A program made the translations under genes and the position numbers. This document shows, piece by piece, positions 19,867 through 28,773 of a DNA stretch of 54,556 bases (the first letter of the stretch is position 1; every line of letters begins with the position of its first letter). Source of the stretch: a virus (taxonomy: Duplodnaviria > Caudoviricetes); the IMG/VR virus record IMGVR_UViG_3300001538_000003, positions 1 through 54,556 of that record; one strand, given 5' to 3'. The notes below the pieces were generated by a model, which did not search any database, was not told the DNA's origin, and saw nothing but the letters and a program-made list of their open reading frames with translations.

Positions 19867-19914
19867 CGTGAGCACCTGCCGCTCCTGCGGTTTCTATCCG
19901 TCCCAGGTGACGCA

Positions 19915-20547
19915 GTGAAGGGCTATAAGAACCACTGGTTCACGGAGCAGCAAGTCGCTGACATGTACGTCGGCGGCCTCACTGCGCAGCAGATAGCCAA
20001 AAACATCCAGTGGGATCAGGGGCGAGTTAGACAGGCAATTCGCAGTTGCGGCGTCACTATCGTGCTGCGCGCCAGAGTGCCGCGAAACCATAACATCCTG
20101 CGTCCATTGGCAGAACGTTTTTGGGAAAGGGTAGAGCGCGGCGAGCCCGATGAATGTTGGATGTGGAAGGGTGCCAACGACCTCGCCGGCTATGGAATAA
20201 TCGGTAACGGTAACGGGAAGCGCTTACGTGCCGCGCGCGTGGCGTTTTTCCTCGCTCACGGTCGCTGGCCCAAGGTCGCGCGTCACACTTGCGATACCCC
20301 GGGGTGTTGTAACGCCGCGCACATCCTCGATGGCACGCTGGCCGATAACAACCGAGACAAGACGGAGCGCGGACGAGACTGTCGGGGCTCCGCGCACGGT
20401 CAAGCAAAGCTGACAGAGAGCGACGTGTTGGAAATTCGCACGCTCATCGGCCTGTGTACCGCAAGGGCTATCGCGCGTGAATACGGGGTGAGCGACACCG
20501 CAATCTTGGCGATAAAGAAAGAAAAAACATGGCAGTGGCTCACATGA
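19915..20547 (+). CDS. HNH homing endonuclease
   Basis: ECWMWKG...GYG...RHTCDTPGCCNAAH...DN; KLTESDV tail. Confidence 0.9.
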   Translation: MKGYKNHWFTEQQVADMYVGGLTAQQIAKNIQWDQGRVRQAIRSCGVTIVLRARVPRNHNILRPLAERFWERVERGEPDECWMWKGANDLAGYGIIGNGNGKRLRAARVAFFLAHGRWPKVARHTCDTPGCCNAAHILDGTLADNNRDKTERGRDCRGSAHGQAKLTESDVLEIRTLIGLCTARAIAREYGVSDTAILAIKKEKTWQWLT

Positions 20548-20897
20548 CTGCGTGTAAGCGGTGTGGGCATTTAGCCGTTTCGCACGAGCGCGGCGTCGGC
20601 CAGTGCCACGGGAAGCTCGACTACTTCAACGCGCCCGACGGCCCCGCGCAAATCGTGTGCGGCTGCCCCCACTTCGCGCGCCTCGGTCGTCCACCGCGCG
20701 CTGCGCCCATCGTCGAAGGCCGCGTCGCGGTCTACCTCACCCGCGCCGAACTCTTGGCCGCGCGCGACTGTATCGCCCAAGCGCGCCGCACCGCGCAGAT
20801 GACGGACGCGATGAGCGAGACGGTGGCGGGCTTGCGCGACATGATTTTGACGGCGCTGAGCAGCCACGCGCGGGATAGCTACGGCGGTGCGCCGTGA
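20544..20897 (+). CDS. Hypothetical Zn-binding protein
   Basis: CKRCGH...CH...CGC. Confidence 0.55.
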   Translation: MTACKRCGHLAVSHERGVGQCHGKLDYFNAPDGPAQIVCGCPHFARLGRPPRAAPIVEGRVAVYLTRAELLAARDCIAQARRTAQMTDAMSETVAGLRDMILTALSSHARDSYGGAP

Positions 20898-21424
20898 GAA
20901 TCGCCTACGCAGATCCGCCATATCTCGGCTGCGCGGCCAAACTGTACGGGCACTTACATCCCGACGCAGCTGAGTACGACCGGATCGAGACGCACGCACG
21001 GCTGATTGAGCGGCTGAGTGATGAGCACGACGCATGGGCGTTATCGCTCAGTACGCCCTCGCTCCAAGCGTTGCTTGCTGTCTGCCCTACTGACGTCCGC
21101 GTAGGAGCGTGGGTCAAGCCGTTCTGCTCATTCAAGCCCGGCGTCAACCCTGCCTATGCGTGGGAGCCGCTTATCTATCGCGGCGCTCGAAAGAAGCGAG
21201 GGCGCGAGGCGATGACGGTTCGGGATTGGGTGGCATGTGGCATCACGCTGCAGCGCGGACTCACGGGCGCGAAGCCCGCCGCCGTTTGCCACTGGATGTT
21301 TGAGCTGCTTGGCGCGCGCCGCGATGACACATTCACCGACGTATTCCCCGGTAGTGGCGCGGTGCAGCGCGCGTGGGAGCAGTGGCGCGACCAGGGCTCA
21401 CTGTTATCGGATAGCGTCGCATGA
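20894..21424 (+). CDS. DNA amino-methyltransferase (N6A/N4C), compact
   Basis: ADPPY catalytic motif and C-terminal DVFPGSG SAM-binding motif. Confidence 0.8.
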   Translation: MRIAYADPPYLGCAAKLYGHLHPDAAEYDRIETHARLIERLSDEHDAWALSLSTPSLQALLAVCPTDVRVGAWVKPFCSFKPGVNPAYAWEPLIYRGARKKRGREAMTVRDWVACGITLQRGLTGAKPAAVCHWMFELLGARRDDTFTDVFPGSGAVQRAWEQWRDQGSLLSDSVA

Positions 21425-21717
21425 ACGGCCCCTGCGGGCACTCTGAGCGACTTTGGCGCACCGATGGCCTCTCAGGCTACGCCGTGGCCGAATGTGCCGC
21501 CTGCGACCGGCTGGAGGCCCTAGCGGCCCGCCGTGCGTCGTTCGACAAGGCCGCGTTTGCGCGTATAGCGGACTTAGCAGGCCTGACCGTAGCGGAATTA
21601 CGACGCAAACTCTGCATCCCCATCCCCGGCATATTCGCGTCTGCGCTGGTGGCTGGCGAGCCTGACGATGCCGACGATTATGCGCTTCACGGTAGGCGTA
21701 ATGGCGGAACGCAATAA
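21421..21717 (+). CDS. Hypothetical protein
   Basis: ATGA overlap; CxxC. Confidence 0.45.
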   Translation: MNGPCGHSERLWRTDGLSGYAVAECAACDRLEALAARRASFDKAAFARIADLAGLTVAELRRKLCIPIPGIFASALVAGEPDDADDYALHGRRNGGTQ

Positions 21718-21763
21718 TTTTGCGTACCTTTCACTTGTTGCCTTCTCGCACCACAGGCACCGC

Positions 21764-22540
21764 ATGACGACGAAGCTACCCACGCGCACTGTGAAGGGTT
21801 ACGGCTGGCGTCCGGATCTTCCTGACATCCGCGACTACTGCTTTGCCGCGCCGACGTACCGCGTCCGTTCGCACGCCGATCTCCGGACGTCGCCGTTCAT
21901 GCCTACCGTGTGGGATCAGAAGCAGGAGGGGAGCTGCACCGCGCACGCCGTGGGCGCGTGTTTCGCCTTCGCGCACGCCGCCGCTCACCTGCCCCCGTTC
22001 ATGCCGAGCCGCAATTTCATCTACCTGCAAGAGCGCACGTTGGAAGGCGACATCGCCCAAGATGACGGCGCACAGATCCGCGATGGGATGAAGGCGTGCG
22101 CGACGGTCGGTGTACCACGCGAAACACTCTACCCGTACAACGCGAAGCACTTCTCAGCCAAGCCCTCAGCCTCGGCGATGAAGGACGCGGCGCTCCATAA
22201 GGCGAGCGTCTACCGACGTATCGACAATCGCACGCCGAATCAAACATTGGCGGCAGTCGCCAAAGGCTTTCCCGTCGCGATGGGATTCAGCGTGTACGAG
22301 TCGTTCGAGTCGGATGCGGTTGCGACGACGGGCATGGTGCCGATGCCAGCGAAGGGCGAGCAGATGATCGGCGGACACGCGGTCACAATCGTCGGCTATT
22401 CCAAGCCGGATCAGACGCTCATCGTCCGCAACTCGTGGGGCGCATCGTGGGGGCTGGCGGGCTACTTCATGTTCCCGTTCGCCTATGCCTTCGACGTGAA
22501 TCTGTCGGATGACTTCTGGACGGTCTCGGTCGCGACGTGA
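21764..22540 (+). CDS. Papain-like cysteine peptidase (C1A, xylellain-like)
   Basis: YGWRPDLPD.RD, DQ..EGSCTA, GGHAV, RNSWG.SWG..GYF. Confidence 0.9.
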   Translation: MTTKLPTRTVKGYGWRPDLPDIRDYCFAAPTYRVRSHADLRTSPFMPTVWDQKQEGSCTAHAVGACFAFAHAAAHLPPFMPSRNFIYLQERTLEGDIAQDDGAQIRDGMKACATVGVPRETLYPYNAKHFSAKPSASAMKDAALHKASVYRRIDNRTPNQTLAAVAKGFPVAMGFSVYESFESDAVATTGMVPMPAKGEQMIGGHAVTIVGYSKPDQTLIVRNSWGASWGLAGYFMFPFAYAFDVNLSDDFWTVSVAT

Positions 22541-22740
22541 GCACGCCCGTTGAGCCCACCGCGGCGGATCGCGCGCTCGAGCGGCTCATTACGTCGCTCT
22601 ACGCACGCGTGGAAAAGCTCGAAGAGATTGTCGCACAGAATAGCGAGGACGCCAAGACAGCGCTCGCGAACGAAAGCGGGGCGCTGGCGCGGCTGGATGC
22701 GCTCGAAGCGCCGCTGGCACGCGCTCCTGCATTTCACTAA
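22537..22740 (+). CDS. Small coiled-coil protein
   Basis: GTGA overlap; heptad pattern. Confidence 0.55.
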   Translation: MSTPVEPTAADRALERLITSLYARVEKLEEIVAQNSEDAKTALANESGALARLDALEAPLARAPAFH

Positions 22741-22752
22741 GTGAGGCTGACT

Positions 22753-23829
22753 ATGCGCCGACTCTTTCCGCTGTTCCTCGCCGCCGTTCTCGCGTGCTCG
22801 GTGACGCCGACCGCGCCGCTGCTGTCGCAGACCAAGACGCGCTGCATCATCCATACTGACTCTGCGCACGTCAAAATCGACACATGCACAGTAACGACGA
22901 CACCGCCACCGCCCGCACCCGCGCCGCCTCCACCGCCGCCGCCGCCGCCGGCGGGATGTCTCCGTTCGGTCAGCGTTAGTACGGTCGGCTCGCTTCTGAC
23001 CGCACTCGGCACCGCGCTCGCGGGCGACTGCATTCTGCTTGCACCGGGCACGTACACGCTGGCGGGGAGTCTCACGATCTCAAAAGGTGGCACCGCGACG
23101 GCGCCCGTCGTTATCCGCGGAGCTGGCACCACGTCGATTATCAACGTCAACGGGCATAGCGTCTTTCTCGACGCGAGTTATACCCACCTCACCAACCTCA
23201 GACTGACGAATTTCACGACGGTCGGCTTCTGGCTGCGCGGCGTGACGGGCGATGTCCTCGACAGCCTCGAAATCGACCACTCGCAGCAAGAGCTGGTGGC
23301 GATCAAGAACGGTAGCAACCACAACACGATCAGCCACTCGATCTTTCACGATAGCGGCATCAGTAACGGCCAGTACGGCGAAGGCGTCTATATCGGCAAT
23401 TCCGGCGTGCTCGATTTCAAGGTGACGGACAATCAGATCCTCACCAACCACTTCGGCCCCAACGTGCGCGCCGAAGCGATTGACCTGAAAGAGGGCGCCG
23501 ACCGCACGATCATTCGCGGCAATTACATCGACGGCACCGGCGCGTATTACTACTCGGGCACGGGAACGCTGGTCGCATTGAAGTCGAGCGGGGTTGTCAT
23601 CGACTCGAACTATATGCAGATCGGGATGTATCAGGCCGTCGCGTTCGAGGCACCAATCGCCAGCGTGATGTCTGGCAACGTCGCGACGAACAACCGGATA
23701 GACCTCAGAAATAGCATAGGGTATGGCTTCCAATTCCAAGCGGGGACAGTCAACCCGATGGGCGCGGTCATCTCGTGTAATAACGTGATGGTGAGCGGTC
23801 TGCTCAGTAACCGTCCGTGCACGCCGTGA
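22753..23829 (+). CDS. Predicted lipoprotein with right-handed beta-helix (polysaccharide lyase-like)
   Basis: Lipobox VLA-C, poly-Pro linker, GD.I.LAPGTY, GEGVYIG, EAIDLKEG and Asn-rich repeats. Confidence 0.75.
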   Translation: MRRLFPLFLAAVLACSVTPTAPLLSQTKTRCIIHTDSAHVKIDTCTVTTTPPPPAPAPPPPPPPPPAGCLRSVSVSTVGSLLTALGTALAGDCILLAPGTYTLAGSLTISKGGTATAPVVIRGAGTTSIINVNGHSVFLDASYTHLTNLRLTNFTTVGFWLRGVTGDVLDSLEIDHSQQELVAIKNGSNHNTISHSIFHDSGISNGQYGEGVYIGNSGVLDFKVTDNQILTNHFGPNVRAEAIDLKEGADRTIIRGNYIDGTGAYYYSGTGTLVALKSSGVVIDSNYMQIGMYQAVAFEAPIASVMSGNVATNNRIDLRNSIGYGFQFQAGTVNPMGAVISCNNVMVSGLLSNRPCTP

Positions 23830-23861
23830 TTCGCCGCATTCTCGCAACCGTCAGGAACATC

Positions 23862-24086
23862 ATGGCCAAGAAAACGAAGCGTCCGCCGCGTGCGTTGCGC
23901 TGCGCGAAGTGTGGTAGCGTGGCGGTGGATGTCAGCGGTTCCCAGCAAATGCTCAAGGTGGCGGGCAAGAAACGCGAGTTTGCCGATGTCGCCTGTTCGG
24001 CGTGCGGCCACCAGTGGTGGAGCCGCAACCCCGTCGCGCTCAAGGCTTCGCGTGAAGTCGATGCGGCGCGTAATACCAATCCCTAA
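23862..24086 (+). CDS. Zn-ribbon protein
   Basis: CAKC...CSACGHQW. Confidence 0.6.
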   Translation: MAKKTKRPPRALRCAKCGSVAVDVSGSQQMLKVAGKKREFADVACSACGHQWWSRNPVALKASREVDAARNTNP

Positions 24087-24098
24087 CGGAGATTCCTA

Positions 24099-24239
24099 AT
24101 GGTTGTCACGATCTCGCTCATCCTACTCGTCCTAGCGTTTATTTGCTTCTTGCTCGAGGCGCTCGGTGTCGCGGCCACGCGCGTGAATCTTAACGCGCTC
24201 GGCATGTGTTTCTTCGTCGCGTCGTTCCTCTTCCACTGA
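24099..24239 (+). CDS. Small 2-TM membrane protein (46 aa)
   Basis: GGAG RBS; MVVTISLILLVLAFICFLLEALG... Confidence 0.6.
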   Translation: MVVTISLILLVLAFICFLLEALGVAATRVNLNALGMCFFVASFLFH

Positions 24240-24240
24240 G

Positions 24241-24675
24241 ATGCGGTACGCACCGCTGACCGTCGCGCAGGTTCTCGATCTCTTCGCCGGGCACCCGCAT
24301 CCGTTCCCCGCGACGCTCTGGCGCGCGTGGCAACTCGGCAACTTCGACGGGGACACGATCACGGTGCGGATCGACGACGGATTCCATAGCGCCACAACGC
24401 GCGACGTGCGACTCTTGGGCATTAACGCGCCCGAGCTCAACACGGGGACCGTCGAGTCACGCGCCAACGGCCTCGATTGCCGCAACTATCTTACCTCGAT
24501 TTGCCCAGCCGGAACGGCGCTCGTGCTGGACACCTCGCTCGACCCCAACCCCGCATCGCCCGTCGAAAAGTACGGGCGCGTATTGGCGCACGTCACCGTC
24601 TATAAGAGCGACGGCACGACGTTCGATCTGTCTGCCGCGATGCTCGCCTTCGGACACGGCGTTGTCGTCGATTAA
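24241..24675 (+). CDS. Thermonuclease (SNase-like) family protein
   Basis: DGDTI...VRLLGINAPE...EKYGRVLA. Confidence 0.85.
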   Translation: MRYAPLTVAQVLDLFAGHPHPFPATLWRAWQLGNFDGDTITVRIDDGFHSATTRDVRLLGINAPELNTGTVESRANGLDCRNYLTSICPAGTALVLDTSLDPNPASPVEKYGRVLAHVTVYKSDGTTFDLSAAMLAFGHGVVVD

Positions 24676-24702
24676 AGCCGCGTTTTAGGCTGTGGCCGCG
24701 GT

Positions 24703-24745
24703 TATTAGGTTCGCTATTGACAAGTAGGAATCACGCTATAAGTTA
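24703..24745 (+). promoter_or_regulatory. Sigma70-type promoter with two operator-like 14-mers; near-copy of 15743-15785
   Basis: ATTAGGTTCGCTATTGACA...ACGCTATAAGTT. Confidence 0.7.
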
Positions 24746-24795
24746 CCCTCCACGGCCCGAACGTAGCGATTTACTCGAGGGTGGAGGAACGCCAG

Positions 24796-25077
24796 ATGCA
24801 CGACGCAGAGCAGGGCGAGCAGGAGCCACGGCCCACGGGATTCGACGATACGCTGTGGGCGGCTGAGGATTTCGCCGCGCACGCGCAGTCACTCATCGCG
24901 GCCCCGCGCCTTCCATCGATTCATTGCGCGTGGTGCGCGAAAGAGGGGATGCCGTCGCTCATTCGTTCGGGCAATCCTGACGTAGCGCCTTCACATGGGA
25001 TTTGCGGCCACCACTCACAGATCCTGTTCGAGAACGCCGGTCTCTGTGGTGATGGTGACGAGGACGGTACCGCATGA
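24796..25077 (+). CDS. Hypothetical protein (CAWC...SHGIC Zn motif)
   Basis: GGAGG RBS. Confidence 0.6.
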   Translation: MHDAEQGEQEPRPTGFDDTLWAAEDFAAHAQSLIAAPRLPSIHCAWCAKEGMPSLIRSGNPDVAPSHGICGHHSQILFENAGLCGDGDEDGTA

Positions 25078-25295
25078 GCGCGCCCATCGTCTCGCCCGAT
25101 GTGCTGGCGCTGGAACTCGCGAAGGATCGTGCCGAGTTCGCAGCGCTGGAATTGGAGTGGAACCTCGCCGATAGCAAGCTAGCGATGATCGCGTACGAAC
25201 TCCGCGAGTGCGGCCAGCGCGTCGAGCGGCTGGAACGCCAAGCGAACGGGCCACCGTGCGCTGACTACGGCGCGGAATCTGGAGTTGTGACGTGA
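25074..25295 (+). CDS. Hypothetical protein
   Basis: ATGA coupling. Confidence 0.55.
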   Translation: MSAPIVSPDVLALELAKDRAEFAALELEWNLADSKLAMIAYELRECGQRVERLERQANGPPCADYGAESGVVT

Positions 25296-25867
25296 CCGCC
25301 AGCGACGAGCCGCGCCAGCATCACACTACGGTAAACCACGATGCAATGCGACCGTGGTCGCCATTCTGCGATGTCTGTGAGAAAGCCAGCGACGAGCCCA
25401 CAGAGATAGAAATCTCCGCCGAACGAACAAGGCAGTATAACGAACACTCACAGTACGCCAGCGACGAGCCGCGCGAGCGGATGAAACTAGATGTCACGAT
25501 GGGAGCACCGAAACAGGGCAAGCCGATCCCATTCGATGACGAGCCGCGCGAGTATTGCGCGAAGTGTGGAAGCACGCGCCACGACGCGACGCACTGTGAC
25601 GCGATGCCAGTGCTCACCGACGAGCCGCACGGGCGTCAGTTCGCACACTTCGGGGGCGTCGAGATTGACGAGCCGCTGGCAACAGTCCTTGCCGCCGTCC
25701 TCGCCGAAGTCGCGCGGCTGGAGGCCGAGCATGACACATCGGTAACGATTCAGGACGCGTGCTATGTAGTTAGTGAGGGCGACGCCATCGGCGCGACTGG
25801 CTACGCCAACATCGCCGCGCTCGCGATCCTAGAAGCGCTGCGGCTCAAGGCGGGAGGCGCGACATGA
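25292..25867 (+). CDS. Modular protein with six DEP repeats
   Basis: GTGA coupling; SDEPR/DEP motif six times with unique spacers. Confidence 0.6.
   Translation: MTASDEPRQHHTTVNHDAMRPWSPFCDVCEKASDEPTEIEISAERTRQYNEHSQYASDEPRERMKLDVTMGAPKQGKPIPFDDEPREYCAKCGSTRHDATHCDAMPVLTDEPHGRQFAHFGGVEIDEPLATVLAAVLAEVARLEAEHDTSVTIQDACYVVSEGDAIGATGYANIAALAILEALRLKAGGAT
25298..25676 (+). repeat. Array of six GACGAGCC-core direct repeats with unique spacers
   Basis: Cores at 25304, 25391, 25463, 25538, 25619 and 25667; extended GCCAGCGACGAGCC in the first three. Confidence 0.8.
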
Positions 25868-26028
25868 GCGGCTACAATCTTCCTGACGGCGTGAGCGAGT
25901 CCGACCTTCCCGGCTGGAACGACCCCGAGTTCGAAGAGACGGAGGACGAGCGGCTTGAGCGCGAACTCGGGCCAGAAATCGAGCCGCCCGACAACGACAT
26001 CTGCGATGAGTTCTACGATGGTAACTAG
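25864..26028 (+). CDS. Small acidic protein (MSGYNLPDGV...DLPG)
   Basis: GGAGG RBS; ATGA coupling; not in the ORF track. Confidence 0.55.
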   Translation: MSGYNLPDGVSESDLPGWNDPEFEETEDERLERELGPEIEPPDNDICDEFYDGN

Positions 26029-26182
26029 CCGCCGCGCCCGCATCGCCCGGACTGAGGCGCGCATCCGCGCTGCCCTCGCGACGGCCCTACTCCGACGCGG
26101 TCACGTCGTCGAGGCGGCGGCGCTACGCCAGAGCGCACGGCGAGCACACGCGACACTCACGACGCGCAAGGTGACGACATGA
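26018..26182 (+). CDS. Small basic hypothetical protein
   Basis: Fills the operon gap; stop overlaps the next ATG. Confidence 0.45.
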   Translation: MVTSRRARIARTEARIRAALATALLRRGHVVEAAALRQSARRAHATLTTRKVTT

Positions 26183-26379
26183 ACACCCTCACCCCCGCGC
26201 ACTTCGACGGCTGCACCGACGCGGACTTAGAGCACGAGGCCGGGTATCTCGTTGCGAGTGTGGATGACGCACTGGACCGGATCATCGCGCTACGGCGCGA
26301 GCAGCAACGGCGCATCAATGCTGCAAAAGGAACGCCGGTGACTGTGCTGGCGATGGCCATGACAGCGGATAGCCAATGA
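26179..26379 (+). CDS. Hypothetical protein
   Basis: ATGA coupling. Confidence 0.5.
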   Translation: MNTLTPAHFDGCTDADLEHEAGYLVASVDDALDRIIALRREQQRRINAAKGTPVTVLAMAMTADSQ

Positions 26380-26648
26380 CCTCGCATCTCGCCCTCACCA
26401 TCGCCGCACTCTACGCCGTCAGCGCGGTTGCGTTCAACAGACTGTTGCACACGCCCGTCGCGTTCACGGGCAGGGCGCGCGTCGCGGCGGTGTTCCTCTC
26501 GCTCGCGTGGCCGCTCGCGTTCGTGGCGGCGTTCCTCATGGCGTGCGTCATCGCGGTGCTCGGCATCTCGGCGTTGCAGCGGACGCGAACGCCGCCAAAC
26601 CACGACGCCACGCGGGCGGCGGTCAAGTTGCGCGCGGAACGGCGATGA
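26376..26648 (+). CDS. Membrane protein
   Basis: Hydrophobic helices; ATGA coupling. Confidence 0.55.
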   Translation: MTSHLALTIAALYAVSAVAFNRLLHTPVAFTGRARVAAVFLSLAWPLAFVAAFLMACVIAVLGISALQRTRTPPNHDATRAAVKLRAERR

Positions 26649-26809
26649 GTGACGTGGTGTGGCATGTGTTGATTGGCGCGGCGGTTGGTGGGTTCGTGAC
26701 GATTCTGCTCGCCATGCTTGGCCACATCCGCATCGCAACAGAGGATACGCGCGATGAGATCCGCGGACTGCGGGCCGAGTTCCGCGCGTACCGCGCGGCG
26801 CGGCGATGA
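26645..26809 (+). CDS. Single-TM small protein
   Basis: MSDVVWHVLIGAAVGGFVTILLAML; ATGA coupling. Confidence 0.55.
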   Translation: MSDVVWHVLIGAAVGGFVTILLAMLGHIRIATEDTRDEIRGLRAEFRAYRAARR

Positions 26810-27030
26810 GTCGATTCCGTGAGGGCGCACGCGAGGCTGCTGAAGCCGATGCGATAGAAGTCGGGACGATGACGGTTCTTGAGCTTCGCAGGGCGTTCTC
26901 CGTCCTCGCATATGAGCGCGGGGAGCGTATGGCGGCTCTGGCCGAGACAGACGCGCAGATATACCTCATAAGACGGGAACTTGAGATACGCGCGCAGCAT
27001 CCCGAAACTCTTGGCGGGGTGCGCTTATGA
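26806..27030 (+). CDS. Hypothetical protein
   Basis: ATGA coupling. Confidence 0.5.
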   Translation: MSRFREGAREAAEADAIEVGTMTVLELRRAFSVLAYERGERMAALAETDAQIYLIRRELEIRAQHPETLGGVRL

Positions 27031-27275
27031 CGCGCCCCCGCCTGCACACGTCGCCAGAGGACGCGCCGCCGTTCGACTTCAATCCGGGACGACTCTGGAC
27101 TCAGCCCGAGGCGGCGGCGTACCTTCAGGTGTCGGATCGATACCTTCGGGATTCGAGCTGCCCAAAAGTCCTGCTGCCGGGGAAGGGTGAGACCGACAGG
27201 CCGCTCATCCGGTACGAGCCGTCCGTCGTGAAAGAGTGGGCCACGTCGCACATGCGGGAAAGGAGATTCGCGTAA
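27027..27275 (+). CDS. Excisionase-like HTH protein
   Basis: LWTQPEAAAYLQVSDRYLR...IRY; just upstream of the integrase. Confidence 0.7.
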   Translation: MTRPRLHTSPEDAPPFDFNPGRLWTQPEAAAYLQVSDRYLRDSSCPKVLLPGKGETDRPLIRYEPSVVKEWATSHMRERRFA

Positions 27276-27535
27276 TGGCTAGTAGTGATTTCCCCGGACA
27301 GATGGAGGAACTACCCCGGCCGATGGCCTTCATCCAATGGAAGGGCACGGAAGCGTGCGCGGATCTCTATTGTGAGTGTGGCGAGCAGTTTCACATTGAT
27401 GCGGATTTCATGTATTACGTCAGGTGCCCGCACTGTTCACGGTCCTTTGCGGTTGGCTGTTTCGTTCCTCTTGTCCCGATCACCGAAGATGAGGTAGCTG
27501 ATCTGGCCAACCCACCGATAATAGGAACGCCGTGA
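27275..27535 (+). CDS. Zn-ribbon hypothetical protein
   Basis: FIQWKGT..C.D..CECG...CPHC. Confidence 0.6.
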   Translation: MASSDFPGQMEELPRPMAFIQWKGTEACADLYCECGEQFHIDADFMYYVRCPHCSRSFAVGCFVPLVPITEDEVADLANPPIIGTP

Positions 27536-28773
27536 TGGTGTTCCGGCGCCGCGGGCTCAAAACGTGGACCGTCTCGATTCCGACGCCGGGCGGCAAGGTG
27601 CGGAAATCGACCGGCACAACCGATAAGGCCACCGCCGAACTCATCGAGCAGGCTGTCCGCGTCTGTATCCGAAAGCGCGAGACGAAGCTACTCAACGCCG
27701 TCATCGACAACGCCATCACGGTGGGCGAACTCTATGATGCGTTTATGGCCGACAGCCTCCAGGAACTGCGCGCAAAGCTCGACGACGTGAATCTCGAGCC
27801 CTTCGTCGCGGAGTGGGCGAAGCGCACCGGACCCGACGTGAAGCCTGACACGCTGGCGCACTACGTCTACCACGTCCGCTCGCTCATGCCGGAAGGCGTG
27901 CCATTCTACCGCTCGCGCTTCACCGTCGATGCGCTCGACCGCTGGCTGTCGGAGTATCCCGCGACGCCCAGCACACGGCGGAAGGTGCACTCCGCAATGT
28001 CGAACTTCGCGCAATTCCTGGTGAGCAAGAAGCATCTGCTCGCGCACAACCCGATGCGATCGGTCGATGCGCCGTCGCAAGGCGCGCCACGGCTCCGCTA
28101 TCTCGACGTGCCCGATATGAAGCGGCTCGCCAACTATCAGCCCGAACCCTATTGCGCGCTGTCGGCGCTGCTCGGCGGGTCTGGCATCGAGGTAACGTGC
28201 GCGCTCGGCCTCAAACGCCGCGACGTAGACGCGGGCCGTCGCGAAATCCGCGCGGCGGGCACCAAGACACACTCGCGGGACCGTATCGTACGCGTCGCGG
28301 ATTGGGCGTGGGAGTACGTCGCGGAACTGATTGCGGATCTCCGGCCGAACGATCGGCTCTTTCCCAGCATCGATCGGTGGATGGCGGGCGGCGTGCACAA
28401 CGCTGGCTGTGACCGCGCTGAGATCGAGGATTACCAGCTCCGAGATCAACGCCATTCCTACGCGGTCCGCGCGAGCCGCGCGGGGACGCCAGCGGAACTC
28501 ATCGCGCGGCAGCTCGGGCACGCGAACGCCGTGCTCGTGCTCAAGGTCTACGGACGGTTCATGCCGAGCCAACAGGACCGCGACAAGTGGGAGAAACTGG
28601 CGACGATGCAGGATGCGGCGAGTGAAGCGCGGGACACGGTTCGGGGTACAGCGCCTAGAAAGGACATCACATCAGACGAGCTAAGTCCTTTGCCCACAAG
28701 TAGCAGGGGCGGGACTCGAACCCGCGACCCCGGCATTATGAGACACGCATCGGCCCGCAAACGAGAAGGCTAG
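27532..28773 (+). CDS. int: Tyrosine integrase (non-canonical catalytic motifs)
   Basis: RKSTGT arm domain, HNPM, KT, xDxRHSYA, QLGH, VY; attP present. Confidence 0.88.
   Translation: MMVFRRRGLKTWTVSIPTPGGKVRKSTGTTDKATAELIEQAVRVCIRKRETKLLNAVIDNAITVGELYDAFMADSLQELRAKLDDVNLEPFVAEWAKRTGPDVKPDTLAHYVYHVRSLMPEGVPFYRSRFTVDALDRWLSEYPATPSTRRKVHSAMSNFAQFLVSKKHLLAHNPMRSVDAPSQGAPRLRYLDVPDMKRLANYQPEPYCALSALLGGSGIEVTCALGLKRRDVDAGRREIRAAGTKTHSRDRIVRVADWAWEYVAELIADLRPNDRLFPSIDRWMAGGVHNAGCDRAEIEDYQLRDQRHSYAVRASRAGTPAELIARQLGHANAVLVLKVYGRFMPSQQDRDKWEKLATMQDAASEARDTVRGTAPRKDITSDELSPLPTSSRGGTRTRDPGIMRHASARKREG

Noticed and set aside
25298-25676. CRISPR array
   Set aside because: Repeats are only 8-18 bp, spacer lengths vary widely and are all in frame, and there are no cas genes; kept as a coding repeat array
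28701-28742. Second complete tRNA gene
   Set aside because: Only the 3' half is present, with no D-arm or 5' acceptor strand; interpreted as the attP core
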